From Mayamaea pseudoterrestris (lineage: Eukaryota): DNA of 64,000 nt. Position numbers and translations under genes: made by a program. A model generated the notes under the pieces. It had not been told where the DNA came from. It did no database searches and was given only the letters and a program-made list of their open reading frames with translations. Of the stretch, positions 1 to 11,829 are shown piece after piece; position 1 is the first letter of the stretch; every line of letters begins with the position of its first letter. The DNA is taken from positions 496,001-560,000 of the forward strand of contig BROI01000021.1 in the NCBI GenBank assembly GCA_027923505.1, read 5' to 3'.

Positions 1-168
1 CCGCAAGTGTGGATCGACTGAAATAATGTTGTTCTGCGAAATCTGCGGAATGAAGGGCTGTGAATGAGTACCGAGACGACACAAGCGATGCTCTCGTCGC
101 AATCAAGCAGCGCCGCAGCGCGCCAAGATCAAGATCCTTTCTTCACATTTGTTTGAAATCCTGCTACC

Positions 169-1536
169 ATGAAGCAACTTTTGGATTGTAGCGGGCACTA
201 TCTTATTGGAGGCTGGGGCGACAGAGCATTTGTAGGATGTTTAGGTACCTCTCAGATTTATGAGCTCGAGCGATCACCCCTTCCTCCCATGAATCATGAC
301 ACCTCTGGAGCCCCAGCTGCAGCCACCGACGACGAAGTAAACGCGCGAGAACAAGAAATTCAGGCAGTCGCTGTTTGCAATATTAACAATGGCCCAATCT
401 GGTGCGCAGTGGCAAGGCATGACAAGAGTCTATCGCTCTACTGCGTTGAGAAGTCTATACAAGACGAAACGTCGGAACGACTCAATCAATCATCAATTGT
501 CGTCCAGCCTTGCACCACTTACAAGACCACTAAACGAGTTACGAGTCTCTGCTTTGCTTCCATACCCGACGAGAACGATATCGCAAATGACTTGACAGTT
601 GTTATTGCAGCCGATCTAGCTGGAGATGCTGTAGCCTTTGCGTTGGAACGTGAGGCACAACCATGCGACGGTGCGGGAATCACTCATGATACTGAGGAAG
701 AATCTGTCGAAGATGCTCGGTTTCGCCGCTTACTACTAGGTCATACGGCAACCATGCTGACTTGCGTCCGTGTCGTTGGAGACGGCGCTCAGCAGCGCAT
801 CCTAACGGCGGATCGCGATGAAAAAATTCGAGTGTCCTCCTTTCCCAACACGCACATTATTGAAGGCTTTTTGCTTGGCCACGAGGCGTTTGTTTCATGT
901 CTCGACGTTGCGCGGGAAGACCATGTCACACGATGCGTTTCGTGCAGTGGTGACGGGACGGTGCGGATGTGGGACTATCTAACGCATTCACAGTTGGGAC
1001 AGTTCACCTTGGTGGGCGATGACGGGACGAGCGACGGAGTCTTACCGACACGGGTAGCGATGAACACGAGAGGAAGTACTGCAATTGTCTGTACTGATGA
1101 TCAAGACTTTGCGCAAGTGCTACATTGGAAGGCAGACAACACGGGCTTTGGCCTGCTTATCAATACTATTCATGTCGGAACGACATTGGCCGCACTCTGG
1201 ATTGACAATGAATTCTTCGTGGCAATGTCTAAAGCTCCGCAATGTTTGCAAGTGTTTAGTGTTTCAAGTGACGATGAAGCGAACCACGTTCGAGCTGTTG
1301 ACGGGAGGTTTCCATTCATCGACGCCATGAACAAGTATGCCACAAGCGAAAATCTGGCATTGCCTGCGAGTGTTCTAGAACGCGACGACTTCGGTGTTCT
1401 CAAGATGCAGAAGCAAGAGGAGAAGCGGATCAGTAACACTGACCGAGCCTGGAATGACGCTGGTAGAATTGAGACGGCCAAGGCACGCGACAAGCGTTAC
1501 AAGAAGCGAAAGATTGAGCAAGCTCATGCTCATTAA
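169..1536 (+). CDS. TRM82: WD40 non-catalytic subunit of tRNA m7G46 methyltransferase (Trm82/WDR4)
   Basis: LLLGH..MLT, ILTADRDEKIRVS.FP..HIIEGFLLGHEAFVS and SCSGDGTVRMWD are typical WDR4/Trm82 segments; basic C-terminal NLS. Confidence 0.85.
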   Translation: MKQLLDCSGHYLIGGWGDRAFVGCLGTSQIYELERSPLPPMNHDTSGAPAAATDDEVNAREQEIQAVAVCNINNGPIWCAVARHDKSLSLYCVEKSIQDETSERLNQSSIVVQPCTTYKTTKRVTSLCFASIPDENDIANDLTVVIAADLAGDAVAFALEREAQPCDGAGITHDTEEESVEDARFRRLLLGHTATMLTCVRVVGDGAQQRILTADRDEKIRVSSFPNTHIIEGFLLGHEAFVSCLDVAREDHVTRCVSCSGDGTVRMWDYLTHSQLGQFTLVGDDGTSDGVLPTRVAMNTRGSTAIVCTDDQDFAQVLHWKADNTGFGLLINTIHVGTTLAALWIDNEFFVAMSKAPQCLQVFSVSSDDEANHVRAVDGRFPFIDAMNKYATSENLALPASVLERDDFGVLKMQKQEEKRISNTDRAWNDAGRIETAKARDKRYKKRKIEQAHAH

Positions 1537-1582
1537 ATAGATAGCGATAAACTGCTTCCCTAATATCATTATAGACTACGTT

Positions 1583-2152
1583 TTAAGTGGCGTTAATAAG
1601 TAGGTGCTGAGCTTGCCTTTCCAACAACTGTTGTTCTTCGCTGGATGGAGGTGGTCCGCGAAATGGCCTAGCCTTGTGAATCGTGATGGGCTCGAGTGGT
1701 CGATCCTCTTCATCAGTGGCTACCATTCCCATTCGTTGAATTACTCCCATGCCAGAGTATATTCGTCCGAAAATACTATGTTTGCCATCCAATGAAGGCA
1801 AGGGCTTGAGCGAAACATAAAACTGAGACGTATTTGAATCTTTCTTGCCTGGATTGGCCATGGCGACTACTCCAGCTCCAGTGTGCTTTAAATGGCGCGT
1901 TACTTCATCTTCAAATTCACCCCCGTAGATACCTGATCCTCCTCGTCCAGTAGCAGTAGGATCACCTGTTTGAATGTACTCGCCCCGAGCGATCCTATAG
2001 AATATCTGTCCATCGTAATACTTGGCGTTAGCCAAACTTGCTACGTTGTATGATGACCGGGGACAGTGCTTGTAGTAAAGCTCAATCACAAAGACTCCAA
2101 TGCTCGTCTCAAACTGGACGTGCGTCCAGGGTGCTGATGCGTCGGACGCCAT
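1583..2152 (-). CDS. PPIL1: Cyclophilin-type PPIase, PPIL1-like
   Basis: GDPTATGRGG.IYG..FEDE...LKHTGAGVVAMAN, SQF, LDGKH.IFGRIYSGM; start taken at ATG 2152 (alternative 2164). Confidence 0.8.
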   Translation of the reverse strand: MASDASAPWTHVQFETSIGVFVIELYYKHCPRSSYNVASLANAKYYDGQIFYRIARGEYIQTGDPTATGRGGSGIYGGEFEDEVTRHLKHTGAGVVAMANPGKKDSNTSQFYVSLKPLPSLDGKHSIFGRIYSGMGVIQRMGMVATDEEDRPLEPITIHKARPFRGPPPSSEEQQLLERQAQHLLINAT

Positions 2153-2318
2153 GGTCCACAACATAACATCAATTCTGCCCTCGTCGCAAAGGGTCCAACT
2201 TTAGTACCGGAGCGACAGTATGACTTGCACCTCTGCATGTGCGGCGCAGCGCCTCATATACTCTGCTTCGGCCTTCGTTACTGCAAAGTTCAGTGCTGTA
2301 CTTCAAGGATATATTATA

Positions 2319-4496
2319 ATGGAGGATATCATGTCGATTACACCTCTTGGGAGCGGACAAGAGGTTGGACGAAGTTGCCATTTCCTCGAGTTTCGTGGCA
2401 TGAAAATCATGCTCGACATTGGCATCCATCCGGGCTATGACGGACTCAATGGATTGCCATACCTGGACCGGATTGATCCGAAAGAGATTGATGTTCTTTT
2501 AGTTACGCACTTTCATTTGGACCATGCAGCGTCTTTGCCATACCTGACAGAGCGAACGAACTTCAAAGGCCGTATCTTTATGACACATCCTACCAAGGCG
2601 GTCATTCGCCTTTTGCTTGGTGATTATTTGAGGCTGCTGGAAATGAGAAATGCGAAGGGTGAAGACGTTTTATACACGGAAGCAGATTTACAGGCATGCA
2701 TGCAGAAGATTGAGCTTGTTGATTTTCATCAACGAGTCAATGTCGGCGCCTTCTCGTTTTACGCGTTGAATGCGGGGCATGTATTGGGAGCGTGCATGTT
2801 CATGCTGGACATGGGAGGTCGGACTGTCCTATACACGGGGGACTATTCGATGGAAGATGATCGACATTTAATGGCTGCCGAGATTCCTGACGAGAAACCA
2901 GATTTATTGGTCGTCGAATCAACATATGGCGTGCAGGTGCATGCGTCGCGAGCTGAGCGAGAAGCACGCTTTACTGGAACCGTGGAGCGGGTCGTTAGTC
3001 GCGGAGGGCGATGTCTCATTCCGGTCTTTGCGCTTGGGAGAGCACAAGAATTACTGCTCATATTAGACGAGTATTGGCAAGCCAATCCTCACCTTCAGTC
3101 TATTCCCATCTGGTACGCTTCAAAGTTGGCATCACGTGCTTTGCGTGTGTATCAGACGTACGCAAACATGATGAACGCTCGCATTAGAGCGCAGATGGAT
3201 GTCAGCAACCCTTTTAGCTTTCGATTTATACAAAATTTGAAATCTGTCGAAGCCATTGACGATACCAATCCTGCCGTTGTATTCGCATCGCCAGGCATGC
3301 TTCAGTCTGGAGTATCGCGGCAACTCTTTGATCGTTGGGCAGCAGATCCAAAGAACGGCGTACTCATTGCGGGATATGCTGTCGAACACACGTTGGCCAA
3401 GGAGATTATGAATCAGCCCAAGGAAGTTGTTACATTGGAAGGACGACGTCAGCCGCTTAATTGTCTCGTCGATTATGTCAGCTTCTCGGCACATGTTGAC
3501 TTTGTTCAAAATCGAAGCTTTATAACGCAGGTGGCCCCAAAGCATATAGTGCTGGTACATGGGGCCAAAGAAGAGATGGGGCGCTTGAAGAAAGCCCTCA
3601 TGCTTCAGTACAAACAATACCCAGAGAACAAACGACCATCAATTTCAATGCCTCCCAATTTACAAGAAGTAAAATTCATGTTTCCTCGTCGGCGTTCAGC
3701 AAAAGTTATGGGCTCGCTTGCTAGCAGAGAAGATGATCCCAAAGAAGGCGAGGTAATTAGAGGCGTGCTTGTTACTCACAACTACAAGTCGAAACTGGTC
3801 GCATCGGAAGACTTGAACACATACACGCCTATTCGGACCGGCACCATCGCGTCAACTCTCCACGTTCCATTCTCTGGTTCAAAGGATATACTTACTTTGT
3901 TTTTGAGCGAAACGTTCACTGGCTTGACTGAAGAGATGGATGGCGACGTCACAGTTCTTGGCTTGTATAACAACCAGGTCCAAATACTATTGGATAAGGC
4001 CCAATATAAAGCAATTATCAAATGGGAAGCATCGCCTGTTGGTGATATGATAGCCGATTCCGTTGTTGCGCTACTTATGCAAGCCCAAAGCAGTGTTGCG
4101 TCCATAAGGCTAAGCAGTAATCCATGTCGCCATCAAAGGGCTCCGGAAAACGAGGACGATAGTTTTCCAAAAAAGTCGAAAATCGTGGATGATGTTGGTG
4201 TTGAGGAGCGTCTCAAGTTTCTGTATGCAACTTTGAGGGATCAGTTTTCTAGTGTTGAGGCTGTTTACGAAGGATTAAGCGGCAAGTTCGAGGTGACGAC
4301 TGATGCTGGGATAGATGCTAGTGTTTTAGATGAGTCAGGACGGCTTGTTTGTGTCGTTGACGTTACATTCGAAGCGGGCTCATCGGAAGCGGCGCAAATA
4401 ACTGTCGAGTGTCCCGACGAGCAACTCGCCGTGAATGTCCGAGCTTGCATACAAAATGTCGTCGCGGCGTCTATTCCCATAAATAATTTACTTTAA
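2319..4496 (+). CDS. CPSF3: Cleavage and polyadenylation specificity factor endonuclease CPSF73 (metallo-beta-lactamase/beta-CASP)
   Basis: PLGSGQEVGRSC, THFHLDH, AGHVLGA, YTGDYS, PVFALGRAQE, FSAHVD, LVHG; likely start ATG 2319. Confidence 0.95.
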   Translation: MEDIMSITPLGSGQEVGRSCHFLEFRGMKIMLDIGIHPGYDGLNGLPYLDRIDPKEIDVLLVTHFHLDHAASLPYLTERTNFKGRIFMTHPTKAVIRLLLGDYLRLLEMRNAKGEDVLYTEADLQACMQKIELVDFHQRVNVGAFSFYALNAGHVLGACMFMLDMGGRTVLYTGDYSMEDDRHLMAAEIPDEKPDLLVVESTYGVQVHASRAEREARFTGTVERVVSRGGRCLIPVFALGRAQELLLILDEYWQANPHLQSIPIWYASKLASRALRVYQTYANMMNARIRAQMDVSNPFSFRFIQNLKSVEAIDDTNPAVVFASPGMLQSGVSRQLFDRWAADPKNGVLIAGYAVEHTLAKEIMNQPKEVVTLEGRRQPLNCLVDYVSFSAHVDFVQNRSFITQVAPKHIVLVHGAKEEMGRLKKALMLQYKQYPENKRPSISMPPNLQEVKFMFPRRRSAKVMGSLASREDDPKEGEVIRGVLVTHNYKSKLVASEDLNTYTPIRTGTIASTLHVPFSGSKDILTLFLSETFTGLTEEMDGDVTVLGLYNNQVQILLDKAQYKAIIKWEASPVGDMIADSVVALLMQAQSSVASIRLSSNPCRHQRAPENEDDSFPKKSKIVDDVGVEERLKFLYATLRDQFSSVEAVYEGLSGKFEVTTDAGIDASVLDESGRLVCVVDVTFEAGSSEAAQITVECPDEQLAVNVRACIQNVVAASIPINNLL

Positions 4497-4546
4497 ATAC
4501 TATGTCAGATAGTCAGAACCCTATAAAAGCATTTAAAAAATTACTT

Positions 4547-6199
4547 TTACTGCTTTGGTCCCCCACTTGGCTTGCTCATTATAATTTGGTCGATCTTTAA
4601 AATCGTAATAACTGCATCAACTGCAAGTCGCATGGCCGAGATCTTAGCCGATAAAATATCAACCACACCCTTCTCCTTCATGCTCGCAACACCTCCCGTC
4701 GTTCCCGACGAGACCGCTTTGTCAATATCGACACCAGCATCACATGCTCCATCCATGTTATTAGCATGAGCAGCCTGCAAGTCAGCCAGTATGCATGTTG
4801 CATCCCAGCCGGCATTCTCCGACAGAGTACGAGGAATGATTTGAAGAGACTTGCCGAATGCCGCCACAGCGTACTGGTCCAAGCCGGCAATTTTCTCAGC
4901 TTCTTGCTGCAGATACACCGAAAGCGCCATTTCAATCGCGCCCCCTCCATATACAAGGCGCTGGTCCTTAATATATTGAACGACCGCCTGGACTCCATCA
5001 TCGACGGCGCGCTCCAAGTCATTCAAAACGGAACTCGTGCTCGCGCGCAAAACTATCGTGGCCAGCTTGTTGGAACCTTTGGCAGCCCGAACAAGCGTGA
5101 TAGTCTTCCCTCCAAGCTCCTTTTGGCCGACTGACTCACAAAAGCCCATTTCATCCGGCATCGGGGCACCAAGGCGAACCAAGGCAGTGGCGCCGACGGC
5201 TTGGCAGAAGCGCCGCAATTCCCACTTTGAAGAAATCTTCAACGCCATCATCTTGTTCCGCTCTAAGAAGTGAAGCGCCATGTCCGATATATTGCCTCCA
5301 GTAACAATAAACTGAGCCCCTGATTCGCGAATTGACTCGACAATGTTCTGCATATTTCTCTCCTCCGTCTTATTGTAGCTGAGCAAATCTTCAGCCGTCT
5401 TCATGAGCACAGTCCCCTTGGCTTCTGTCGACGATGCTTCGAAACCACAAGCAAAGACAGCAATTTTAACATTCTCCAACTGAGTAACAGTCGTTTCCAA
5501 TCCACGAGTCGCAACATACCCAGGCAAAAGGATCGAGTCCGTAATGCTTCCACCAAGAATTTTGCACGTGCGGACCGACTCGGCTGAAATTTTAGTAGTA
5601 TCGGACCCGACCTGTAAACAAGCGTCCGCAACAAGTGGCGCTAGGATCTCCTGTGAGCCATACTGCTTGCTAGCGAGAACTGGCCTGAGTACATACAAAA
5701 GGGTATCGAGATCGACAGAGCTTCGCTCATTCCCAGGAATGACGAGCTTCTGCACCCGCTCCAAGCACAAATCCAAAGCCTTTTGATAGCCTGCAAGAAT
5801 TTCAGGGGCAGGCTGCCACGTCATTTTCTGAATCAACAAGCATGTCTGCCAGAGAAGCTCGCCACCAAAAGCAACGACAAAATTGGTTCCATCGCCAACC
5901 TCCGTCTCTTGTTTTTCGCAAGCTTGCTTCAATAATTGGGCGGCCGGATGCTCTATAACAATTTCCTTCAAAATGGACGCGCAGTCACTCGTTACAATCT
6001 TTTTCTCCAAATGATTAACGACTAGTTTGCAGCGTCCTTGGGGACCAAAGGATGTTCGAAGCATGCGCGACAGATCCATGCAGGCTTCAATATTGCGGAG
6101 GACCACGGATGCGCTGCTATTGTCTTGCTCAAAATGCTGCGTCCCTTCCTTCATCATGCCTCCGAGACCGGCGGCTGCGTTGTATGTCATTGACGACAT
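4547..6199 (-). CDS. CCT8: Chaperonin CCT/TRiC theta subunit
   Basis: GDGTNFVV (theta-type), TEAKGTVL, SKWELRR.C, ERAVDDGV, C-terminal IDQIIMSKPSGGPK. Confidence 0.92.
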   Translation of the reverse strand: MSSMTYNAAAGLGGMMKEGTQHFEQDNSSASVVLRNIEACMDLSRMLRTSFGPQGRCKLVVNHLEKKIVTSDCASILKEIVIEHPAAQLLKQACEKQETEVGDGTNFVVAFGGELLWQTCLLIQKMTWQPAPEILAGYQKALDLCLERVQKLVIPGNERSSVDLDTLLYVLRPVLASKQYGSQEILAPLVADACLQVGSDTTKISAESVRTCKILGGSITDSILLPGYVATRGLETTVTQLENVKIAVFACGFEASSTEAKGTVLMKTAEDLLSYNKTEERNMQNIVESIRESGAQFIVTGGNISDMALHFLERNKMMALKISSKWELRRFCQAVGATALVRLGAPMPDEMGFCESVGQKELGGKTITLVRAAKGSNKLATIVLRASTSSVLNDLERAVDDGVQAVVQYIKDQRLVYGGGAIEMALSVYLQQEAEKIAGLDQYAVAAFGKSLQIIPRTLSENAGWDATCILADLQAAHANNMDGACDAGVDIDKAVSSGTTGGVASMKEKGVVDILSAKISAMRLAVDAVITILKIDQIIMSKPSGGPKQ

Positions 6200-6439
6200 G
6201 ATAACGCTACTAATGGCAACAATGCAGTGCGAACGGCTTTGCTACGTTGTTTTGTGTGGCTCTGCAGCAAGTCCGATCGAGACACGCTGCGACTCAGTAG
6301 CCGGAGCGACTTTTCAACGTTTCGGTTTTTGCGACGCGCGACCATCACCATGGAGACGGTGACTTGCCACAACAGCGTACGAGTACCACTGGTATCGTCT
6401 CATATCAATTGCAAATTAGAGGCGACTGTTTGATGACAA

Positions 6440-7630
6440 ATGGCTTTGGACGAGCATGATGTCAAAAGAAGACCCCGTTCCCGCGATGCACCTCCTGGCA
6501 GTGGCGTCGTCAACCACGAGACGAGGCAGACAATATGCCCCGATGAACATTCAGAAACGTCCGTGGATACCTCTATATTCACGCCGACTGGTACACAATT
6601 TCAAAAAGAAAGAGATTTTACTGCTCGACGACTTTTGGGGACTGGAACGAGTCGCCTCTCAGACTTTATAAATGAGCATCTCAAGGCAGTTCGATTGGCA
6701 GCATCCGCTTCTATTTTCTTAATCACAGCCTATGGAATTGCCCACTCGCCAGTCTTCTTTCGTTATAGAACCGTGGCAGAACTACCCTCCAAATACTTTA
6801 AACGTCGCAAAACCCTGTCTTGTCGAGTCATCAAGGCAGAAAAGGACCCTGCGAATCGAACCATCATGCTATACATGCGCCATTTGTCACCGCTCGAGCG
6901 ATTGAGCTTCTCAAAATCATGGTATGAACGACTTGTGAGTCTTCAACCATCGTCGATCCTGCACAAAGTTGATGATGATGATCCGTCACAGCTACTCAAA
7001 GTGGCATTAGCAGGATTGCAGTGGCCGTCGTACGAATGGGACGATGGATGGTTCGACCAGCTGGTCCAGCATAAGACGCCAGTCACATGTCAGTGTCTTG
7101 CGCGAGATGTATCATATGCACAGTCAACCAGATCTGCTGTGAGTCCGAGGGCGGTGAACAGTGCTACTCTGATGCGAACCGGACCGGTGGGACGACGCAA
7201 TAAACGACCAATCCCCGACATTGACGGACAACCGACAACTGCGTATGGTGATGACCAGATAGCCGTTTGCAAAATCCACTACCGACCCATGGATTCGAAG
7301 TGGAAGCTGCTGCGTCTTTTTCAAATGTCCGATCTCGCCGAGTCGATGGTCCAACATGGCCGGGCCATCACGAAAGAAGACACTCTATATGGTCCTACTT
7401 CGGAGGAGCATGTGATGGTTGATATGAGTGACTCGTTAAAGGACTTGCAGCGTGACGCAGCTTACTTCGAACAGCTATCAAACCTGGAGTATCAGGCTGC
7501 GCGTAAATATCGAGGTATTTGGAGCGATCTTTCCTACCGAGAAAATCGTGAGGACGTTGTCGACAAGATAGACTTTCAAGCGGTGTCGACAATTTTTAAT
7601 AAACTTATGAGGTGGCTCCGAGGCGGTTAG
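6440..7630 (+). CDS. SNase/thermonuclease-like membrane protein (C3orf33/LCL3-like)
   Basis: Single TM segment followed by FRYRTVAELP..YF.RR.TL, LKVALAGL, DLAESMV..GRA and LE..A....RGIW. Confidence 0.55.
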   Translation: MALDEHDVKRRPRSRDAPPGSGVVNHETRQTICPDEHSETSVDTSIFTPTGTQFQKERDFTARRLLGTGTSRLSDFINEHLKAVRLAASASIFLITAYGIAHSPVFFRYRTVAELPSKYFKRRKTLSCRVIKAEKDPANRTIMLYMRHLSPLERLSFSKSWYERLVSLQPSSILHKVDDDDPSQLLKVALAGLQWPSYEWDDGWFDQLVQHKTPVTCQCLARDVSYAQSTRSAVSPRAVNSATLMRTGPVGRRNKRPIPDIDGQPTTAYGDDQIAVCKIHYRPMDSKWKLLRLFQMSDLAESMVQHGRAITKEDTLYGPTSEEHVMVDMSDSLKDLQRDAAYFEQLSNLEYQAARKYRGIWSDLSYRENREDVVDKIDFQAVSTIFNKLMRWLRGG

Positions 7631-8084
7631 CGTATGACAACACTGACATGCTAGCACAGGATTCTTCGTCACGATACCCGCAGCCGCTTCCACAGGATTT
7701 CCCCCCAAGCATCCTCGTTATCGGATGATGTCAGTAAAGTTAAAGCTAGCATATGATATTGATGCGTTAGTGCTACTGTACTTCCTATCGTGCGCACTGG
7801 TAGTCGTAGAATAGCTAAACCGTGGCGCTGCTTGGCGTCACACTATTCCTGCTGCGACATTTCCTAATGGATCCAATCGTGTCATCGTGGAAACGTTTCG
7901 TTCCTCTCATTTCCCAAGCAGCACGCGGACCGGAAAATCTTCAGACATAATATATCAAGCGAGGAGTACAAGCAAAGCATTTACTCTACATTCAAACTTG
8001 CTTGTCAGTGCCAGGGGGCTGTGGAAAGTCATTCTCATTTTCTTGACGTGTGGGACGGACGACAAAGCTTGAATTACAAACGAA

Positions 8085-11000
8085 ATGGCTTCTCTGCGTC
8101 GTCGTCCTGGAGACGGCCATGCAAAATCGAAGAAGGGTAAAGCTAAGTCGCGCAAGACGAAGGCTGACAGGCAAGGTGACGATGGATTACCGGAAAGCTT
8201 GTGGCGGGTGATCGAAAGCCACCGACCTTCATATTTGGACAATCTTCCGAACAGTTTATTAGACGTGTACGACGAATTCAAAGGTTGTGGAATGTTTGGA
8301 AACGATCGTTGGAAGGGCGGGGTTTACAGTTTGATGGTCTTTGCGATAAACGGCCATAAACCTTATCCGCGTAGAGCGAGTGATTCGGATCGTTCGAAAC
8401 TCTCGTCCATTGTCACATTGATGACGAATGTGGAGCAGGAAGCTGTTTCGAGCAGAAAGGACGTTCGTGTCTTGCTGCAAATTGTTGAACAAGCTCGATT
8501 GCAGCGAACAAGCGTCAAAGATCCTTTCGCTTGGAAATTTGTTCACGAATACGTTGAAAGCAAGTACGAGGCTGTCAATTTACGACGTTCGGCTCAACCG
8601 GAGAAGCGTCGCGTGACAAGTAAGTCGCCTGACTGCACACGTTCGCCGAAGCGAGGAAACACGCGACAAGAAGTAGAGCAGATGATGTCGAAGCCTTACA
8701 TTCCTTTGGAGTTTTACCCGGCTAATGCGCCTTTCGTCGAGGAAACGGCCTTTCTCTACGAGCCACCCCAAGATGTCAAGGAATTATCGCCGCTGCCACC
8801 TCCTCCACCGCCTCCCGCCATCCCACAGAACTTGTCGGATCGTTGGGCGTACGATGGCGTCGATAATCGTATCTTGCGTGCGAACTTTGTTGGTCTACCA
8901 ACGATCCCCGAGCAACACTTAAGCTTTTTGCGTATAACAATGCAGTGCGACTACATTGTCGTCGTTTGCGACGGTGTACTGGAAACGGATGCACTGACAA
9001 ACCCTTTTGTATGGACGCTGGAGCATATAGAGGCCGAGTTTGGCGCAGGGAATATGTATCACAAGTATCGGTACGCGTTATCGCGTTTCGTGGCAGCGCG
9101 TGTGTGCATATGTGGTATTTCTGACGTTCCGATTATTACTTTGCTTTGTCAGGCGCTCTACAAGGGAGCTAGCAAACTCGCAAACTTTCAAGGAGCCGGA
9201 TGGATACACATATCTTTTGCCAAAGGATTATTTGTAAGTGTTTCGTATCTGTCGGCGTCAACTTTCTATTTAGTAAGCGTTTTCTGATACACATCCCGCA
9301 GGAGATATCTCAAGTTGCGGCAACAAGCGGATCAAGCGGATAGTGCAGACGAGACGCGTCACAAACTTACTGCATTTGAGTTTACATGCGGTTGCGAAGA
9401 ATGTTGGAACGCAAACGGTGACTTGTGCCCGGGACATTTGATTGACGACGTTAGAACGGTGACCTTGCAAATGTATGCACAGATCCCCGAATGTTATTGT
9501 ATCGAGAATTCGTTTACCACTGCTAACGCTTACCATGTTTTTAATTCAGGATGAACGTTGAGCTAGCAACCTCTCTCCATCGATTCCATGAGCAATTTCT
9601 TCGGATTTTCAAGCTGGATCAGGAGATTTTGCCTGGCGGTGATTGGTGCATCATGTGAGCCTGAAATTGTTGAATTGTCGCAGCTGTTCATTGGATGACG
9701 CCACTAACGCTCAATTTTATAGGAATGCAATCACTCCTTCGAGCCGCCCACTAACGTGAGTCTAGCCATTGGGAAATCTCAACTGTTGTAGCACAGGCTT
9801 ACCAGTCCTCTTTTCACTGCGCAGGGGACCCAATCTCTACATCAGCCCCGCCGGTGGTTACACCCACATTAATCAGGATGATCATGGCTCTGTCGACAGC
9901 GAGCATTTATGCCTCTCTGGCAATCATGAGGTTCTCATTCTGCGCCGTTTGCCTGAACGCCACTTAGCGAATGCTGTCGACATTCTCAACAATATAGTCA
10001 GCGGCGATTACTCGCTAGATGAGCAAGCAACCAGAAAATTGAAGGACATGGGGTAAGTCGCGTTTGCGCTTGTGCAGAATTGACTTTTCTTAAACGGCTT
10101 TAATGATTCAATCACCCTTTATGCTGCAGGTACGAACCCATCCTTTGTAATCTTACGGCTGGTCAGAGCGTTCATATAAACAAGGGGCGTTGGCATGGTA
10201 GGTAATATGCGAGCATTAAGGGTGCTTGGCAGGAAAACGTCTTACATATTCACCCGCCATACGTCGTCCAATTCAGTCATTCGGAATAGCACTCGTGATG
10301 TGCTTCCTGAGGACGACAGTCGTAACAAGCTTCGAAATGACATAATTAAAAGCTTAGGCAACCATGCAGATTCTATTTGTATGAGCATTGCTTGGAAGTG
10401 GTAAGCAATAAACTTGTTTCCAGCGCTCGAACTTGTATTCACTCAACATTAATTTGCTGTAGGAACTTTGTTGGCGCGGACTCTGCTGGCATTAACCGGG
10501 AGGTGGCGAGCATGGTTGCTGCGTCTCAGCGTTGCCGGCAAAAGGAAATGAAGTTGCTGGCACCAATTGGTCATGCAATATTGCAGATGGGATTGTATAT
10601 AACCAACACACATGATTTGAGCGGAAAGCCAGCTGGTGTTGATAATGATATTGTTGCGTTCGCGCCAAACGAGCGGTTGTCGACGGTTGCCCGAGGTATT
10701 TTGCCATCTTTAAATTGGGTTGCTCTGCGGGAAGTAAACAGTTTCGAGCGAGCATTGGCAGCAGCCAATGACCGTCGAACGCGAAGCCGTCAAAGCCGTG
10801 GGCATGAGCTCGTTCAAGCTCGCGTCCCGGACATCCAAAGAAATCCTGTTAATTTAACATTTGACGCGCGCGGCAATGGTAACACTTTAAGGTGGATTTT
10901 TTCACCATTTGTTTTCTCGTGGCTCACGTTATTTTTGCAGATTATTTTTGCAGGCTTTGTGATGCTGAACTTCCCAATTGCTATTTTCGATGCAACGGGT

Positions 11001-11473
11001 GTGAGTCTCTCCGGAATGATTACATAATTTGTATTGATTGCTACGTGGATGGCACATATTTGAATGAGCAACGTCGCGACGCCGTCAGTCACCGATTTCA
11101 TTGCGGGTTTTTGTCAGGCAATGTAAAGGGATCTTGTAGTAAAAAGTGCAAGTCGTGTAACATTTGTAAGTTTGGAACATGCTGTTCGTGCCGCTGTCAC
11201 TCGGATTTTACTATGCACATGCGATTGGCAACGGCGGCTCACGTTAAACAACTTGTGCGCGATGTTGCTACAATTGCGGGCGATCCAATTGAGCATGCGG
11301 ATGCAACGATGATTCGTCTGAAGTACGGTGCTGACCCTGGGGGTTCTGTCTATGGTGAACTGTCGCAAATGGTTTTTGACACCGACCCTGTCAATTCCAA
11401 GAATGTATCGGCGCGTGAGAGCTGCGTCAGAGGCGAATGCGGGAAGAAAAAATATACTGGATCTAAAGATTGA
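8085..11473 (+). CDS. 10-exon JmjC-like domain protein with C-terminal Cys/His zinc-binding region
   Basis: Hand-spliced GT-AG introns at 9071-9152, 9234-9301, 9473-9549, 9655-9722, 9756-9824, 10053-10129, 10198-10276, 10401-10462 and 10879-10940 give a continuous frame with GPNLY.SP...THINQD, AGQSVHINKGRWH, SIAWKW, then CxxC..CxxC..CxxC. Confidence 0.7.
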
Positions 11474-11829
11474 GCCTGACTAACATCGATATTTTGAGGT
11501 AGTAGATCATTTTGCTACTCTTTCGTCACAATGATGCCATTTTGACATCTTCTTTGTCGCTCGTCCGTATAAAGCGCAGTATCGCACTACTTGCAACTTC
11601 CGCATCTATCGAAGTGTGTGCAAGTTCGACGACGTACGAGTAGTGTCGCAGTCAATACCGGTGGGTCAGCAATGGTCATTGTAAAAAATCGCGATGACCA
11701 CGCAGAACAGCGACTTTACACCGGATCTCGCTCCATGTCTTATACCAGGACCAGCAGAACTTTAGAACGTCGTCTATACAACCTCATAACTCAACAAAGG
11801 ACGTCCAACTCCTTTCTTGCTTTTCCTTG

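Noticed and set aside
8085..11473. Fragmented ORFs suggesting a pseudogene
   Set aside because: All breaks are explained by canonical GT-AG introns that keep the frame
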